A stretch of 64,000 bases of DNA, from IMG/VR virus record IMGVR_UViG_3300042542_003555, positions 64,001 through 128,000 of that record. One strand, 5' to 3'. The translations under genes were made by a program, and so were the position numbers. This DNA is from a virus. This document shows, one piece after another, positions 62,218-64,000 of the stretch; position 1 is the first letter of the stretch, and each line of letters opens with the position of its first letter. The notes under the pieces were generated by a model. That model made no database searches. It was not told the DNA's origin and worked only from the letters and a program-made list of their open reading frames with translations.

Positions 62218-62484
62218 TTATTTTATACTTTCGAATATTTTTTTCTGTTTAGCATACCAAATATTCCACTCATCAACCTTTATTGAACACTCATAATATT
62301 GAGTATAATTTTCTACAACTTTGGTGTGTAAATCTACGATATTTATTTGATCGCCTTCCAGTTTTCTAAGCGGCTCACACTTTTCTGTTAGTGATTTTGG
62401 TGCTTCTGGAAATTTAGCTACCACTGGTACTGTAGTAGAACAACCAACTAACAACAAGGATAGCAATAAAATATAGGTTTTCAT
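62218..62484 (-). CDS. o-spanin (Rz1-like lipoprotein)
   Basis: Lipobox LVGC, Pro-rich segment, further Cys residues; next to the endolysin. Confidence 0.8.
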   Translation of the reverse strand: MKTYILLLSLLLVGCSTTVPVVAKFPEAPKSLTEKCEPLRKLEGDQINIVDLHTKVVENYTQYYECSIKVDEWNIWYAKQKKIFESIK

Positions 62485-63008
62485 TTTGGTTGCGCTGCCT
62501 TATTATGTTCTTCAATTATAATTTTAGGGATAGGGCAATTTTTGATTGCATCTTGTAGTTCTTTTTGCTTAACCAAAAATGCCTGTCTTTCTTCTTCACT
62601 CATATCTTTAGTTACTTCTTTAATTACTTCTACTGTATCGCCTTTAACTAAACGATTAATATATTCAATTTGAGTTTTACCTTTTTCTTTAACAACTTTA
62701 GTTCGCTCAACAACTCTTATTTCAACTTCTTTATTGACTTCTTTTGATTGTTCTTCGGCAACTTTAACTTTTTCTTCTAACTCTTTTACTCTAGCTTCCC
62801 ATTGATCGTTATTGTATATTGCACCAGACATAAAGACACCAAGAATTATTAGGGCTATAGATATTAGTTGTATCGGTGTTTTATAAACGTAGATAGGTGG
62901 AATAAACTTAGCTAAGAATTTAACTAAGTAAGTTGATATTAATCCTATCACACCAACAACAAGTGCCGCATAAAAAATCCAATCTGGTAGCCATTTTAAA
63001 ATCCACAT
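62481..63008 (-). CDS. i-spanin (Rz-like)
   Basis: N-terminal TMs, coiled coil, C-terminal Cys; overlaps the o-spanin start. Confidence 0.75.
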   Translation of the reverse strand: MWILKWLPDWIFYAALVVGVIGLISTYLVKFLAKFIPPIYVYKTPIQLISIALIILGVFMSGAIYNNDQWEARVKELEEKVKVAEEQSKEVNKEVEIRVVERTKVVKEKGKTQIEYINRLVKGDTVEVIKEVTKDMSEEERQAFLVKQKELQDAIKNCPIPKIIIEEHNKAAQPK

Positions 63009-63019
63009 ATTACACTCTC

Positions 63020-63247
63020 TTACGCTTTAGGTGGTTTTCTAGTTAATGTTGGATACTTTTTTTTCATAGGCATCTTTACTGCTGTTGCACTCACAGGATC
63101 AGTCGCACTTTGTACACCAGTGACAACTGTTGGTCCTGCTGAACCATCTTCTTTAACGCAACTACCTTTTGAGTACGGTGTTTTGCCTGGAACTTTTCTA
63201 TATCCTGACCAGCAAAGTTCTCTGATATCTTTGAATTTCTTTTTCAT
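63020..63247 (-). CDS. Small basic protein with CW.GY...SCVKE motif
   Basis: Motif typical of small modular proteins of T4-like phages. Confidence 0.6.
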   Translation of the reverse strand: MKKKFKDIRELCWSGYRKVPGKTPYSKGSCVKEDGSAGPTVVTGVQSATDPVSATAVKMPMKKKYPTLTRKPPKA

Positions 63248-64000
63248 CAGCAATTCCACTTTCTCAGCGATTTATTAATTCTGCTATTTGGATCTCTTGC
63301 TGTCTTTGCCGAGGTTAATCTGCGTTTCATGCCAGACATTCTTGCACAGAATGACTTTCTACGATTCCATGCTTTTGAACCTTTCTTCAACTTTGATGGC
63401 TTTGTTGTTACAGCCATTGAAAGTTTAGAACCAGGATTAGCACGACGATACGATGCAATACCTTTACGATTTAGGCCACCTTCAGGATCTTTACCTGCTG
63501 ATCTTTGCCATGCTGGTGATTTTTCCATGATAGAGTCTTCTGTCAGAATCTCATCATCACCAATATCAAAATCTTCTTTCAAGCCTGCAATAAAGTTGTA
63601 ATCGTCCATTGTTAGGACACCTTTGTTGCGAATCTCAATTAGTCTTTCTGTGATAGCATGAAGTTCCATGTCATCTTTAACATCTTCTCTTGCTAGTTCT
63701 AGCATACGAATCATGAGAGGAATGTTTAAGGTAATAGTATCTTTTTTGTCGGTGACCTCAGTAACAAACTGTCTAAATGATTTCACTGGTTCTCTTTCTT
63801 CTTTTACTGATCTCCAACCACCACCTTTTGACTTGTACCATTTAGAAGCCCAGCCGTTTGCATACGCTGAAGGATATACATCAAACTTTGATCTTGCAAG
63901 TGATTTTGCTCTAGCCCAGAGTTTAGGATTCGTTGGTTTATTTTTTTCTTCTAAATGTTCCATATCTTCACTCAACTTTCCTTTTCCGTAACTTGATACA
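63247..64000 (-). CDS. Partial modular basic protein, possible internal head protein
   Basis: Frame open to the window edge; modules KF.VYPSAYAN.W and AWQR..GK.P.GGLN...RRKSFCARM. Confidence 0.6.
   Translation of the reverse strand, partial: VSSYGKGKLSEDMEHLEEKNKPTNPKLWARAKSLARSKFDVYPSAYANGWASKWYKSKGGGWRSVKEEREPVKSFRQFVTEVTDKKDTITLNIPLMIRMLELAREDVKDDMELHAITERLIEIRNKGVLTMDDYNFIAGLKEDFDIGDDEILTEDSIMEKSPAWQRSAGKDPEGGLNRKGIASYRRANPGSKLSMAVTTKPSKLKKGSKAWNRRKSFCARMSGMKRRLTSAKTARDPNSRINKSLRKWNC

Noticed and set aside
5806-63991. Many antisense or nested ORFs in the track (e.g. 5806-6354, 7502-7858, 10061-10450, 36354-36770, 39121-39555, 58953-59270)
   Set aside because: They overlap well-supported genes on the other strand or frame and lack RBSs or recognisable motifs.

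Overview
Part of a large, AT-rich T4-like myovirus genome. The host is probably a betaproteobacterium, inferred from the tmRNA tag, PqqA and rubrerythrin sequences. Left to right: baseplate/tail module (split gp5, gp27-like, gp53, gp48, gp4, gp2, gp54, gp26, gp51, gp29-like with M23 domain); gp32/gp59/gp33 with an antisense GIY-YIG endonuclease; an auxiliary-metabolism island (rubrerythrin, PqqA, permuted tmRNA, tRNA-like RNA, five 2OG-Fe(II) oxygenases, PhoH, PlcP-like phosphoesterase plus GT2); a ~12 kb early region of small ORFs punctuated by near-identical sigma70 promoter repeats; an HNH endonuclease; a nucleotide-sugar cluster (HldA/HldC-like, GalE); a VWA/CobT-like protein; DNA methylase, RNase H, nrdB/nrdA, thyX, primase; and an extended lysis cassette. 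The strongest unusual signals are missing from the ORF track or hidden by generic annotation: a 24-aa PqqA gene with its own promoter, a two-piece tmRNA, a PlcP-type lipid-remodelling pair, and the promoter-cassette array. All family calls come from motif recognition by eye; no searches were run, so novelty is unverified.
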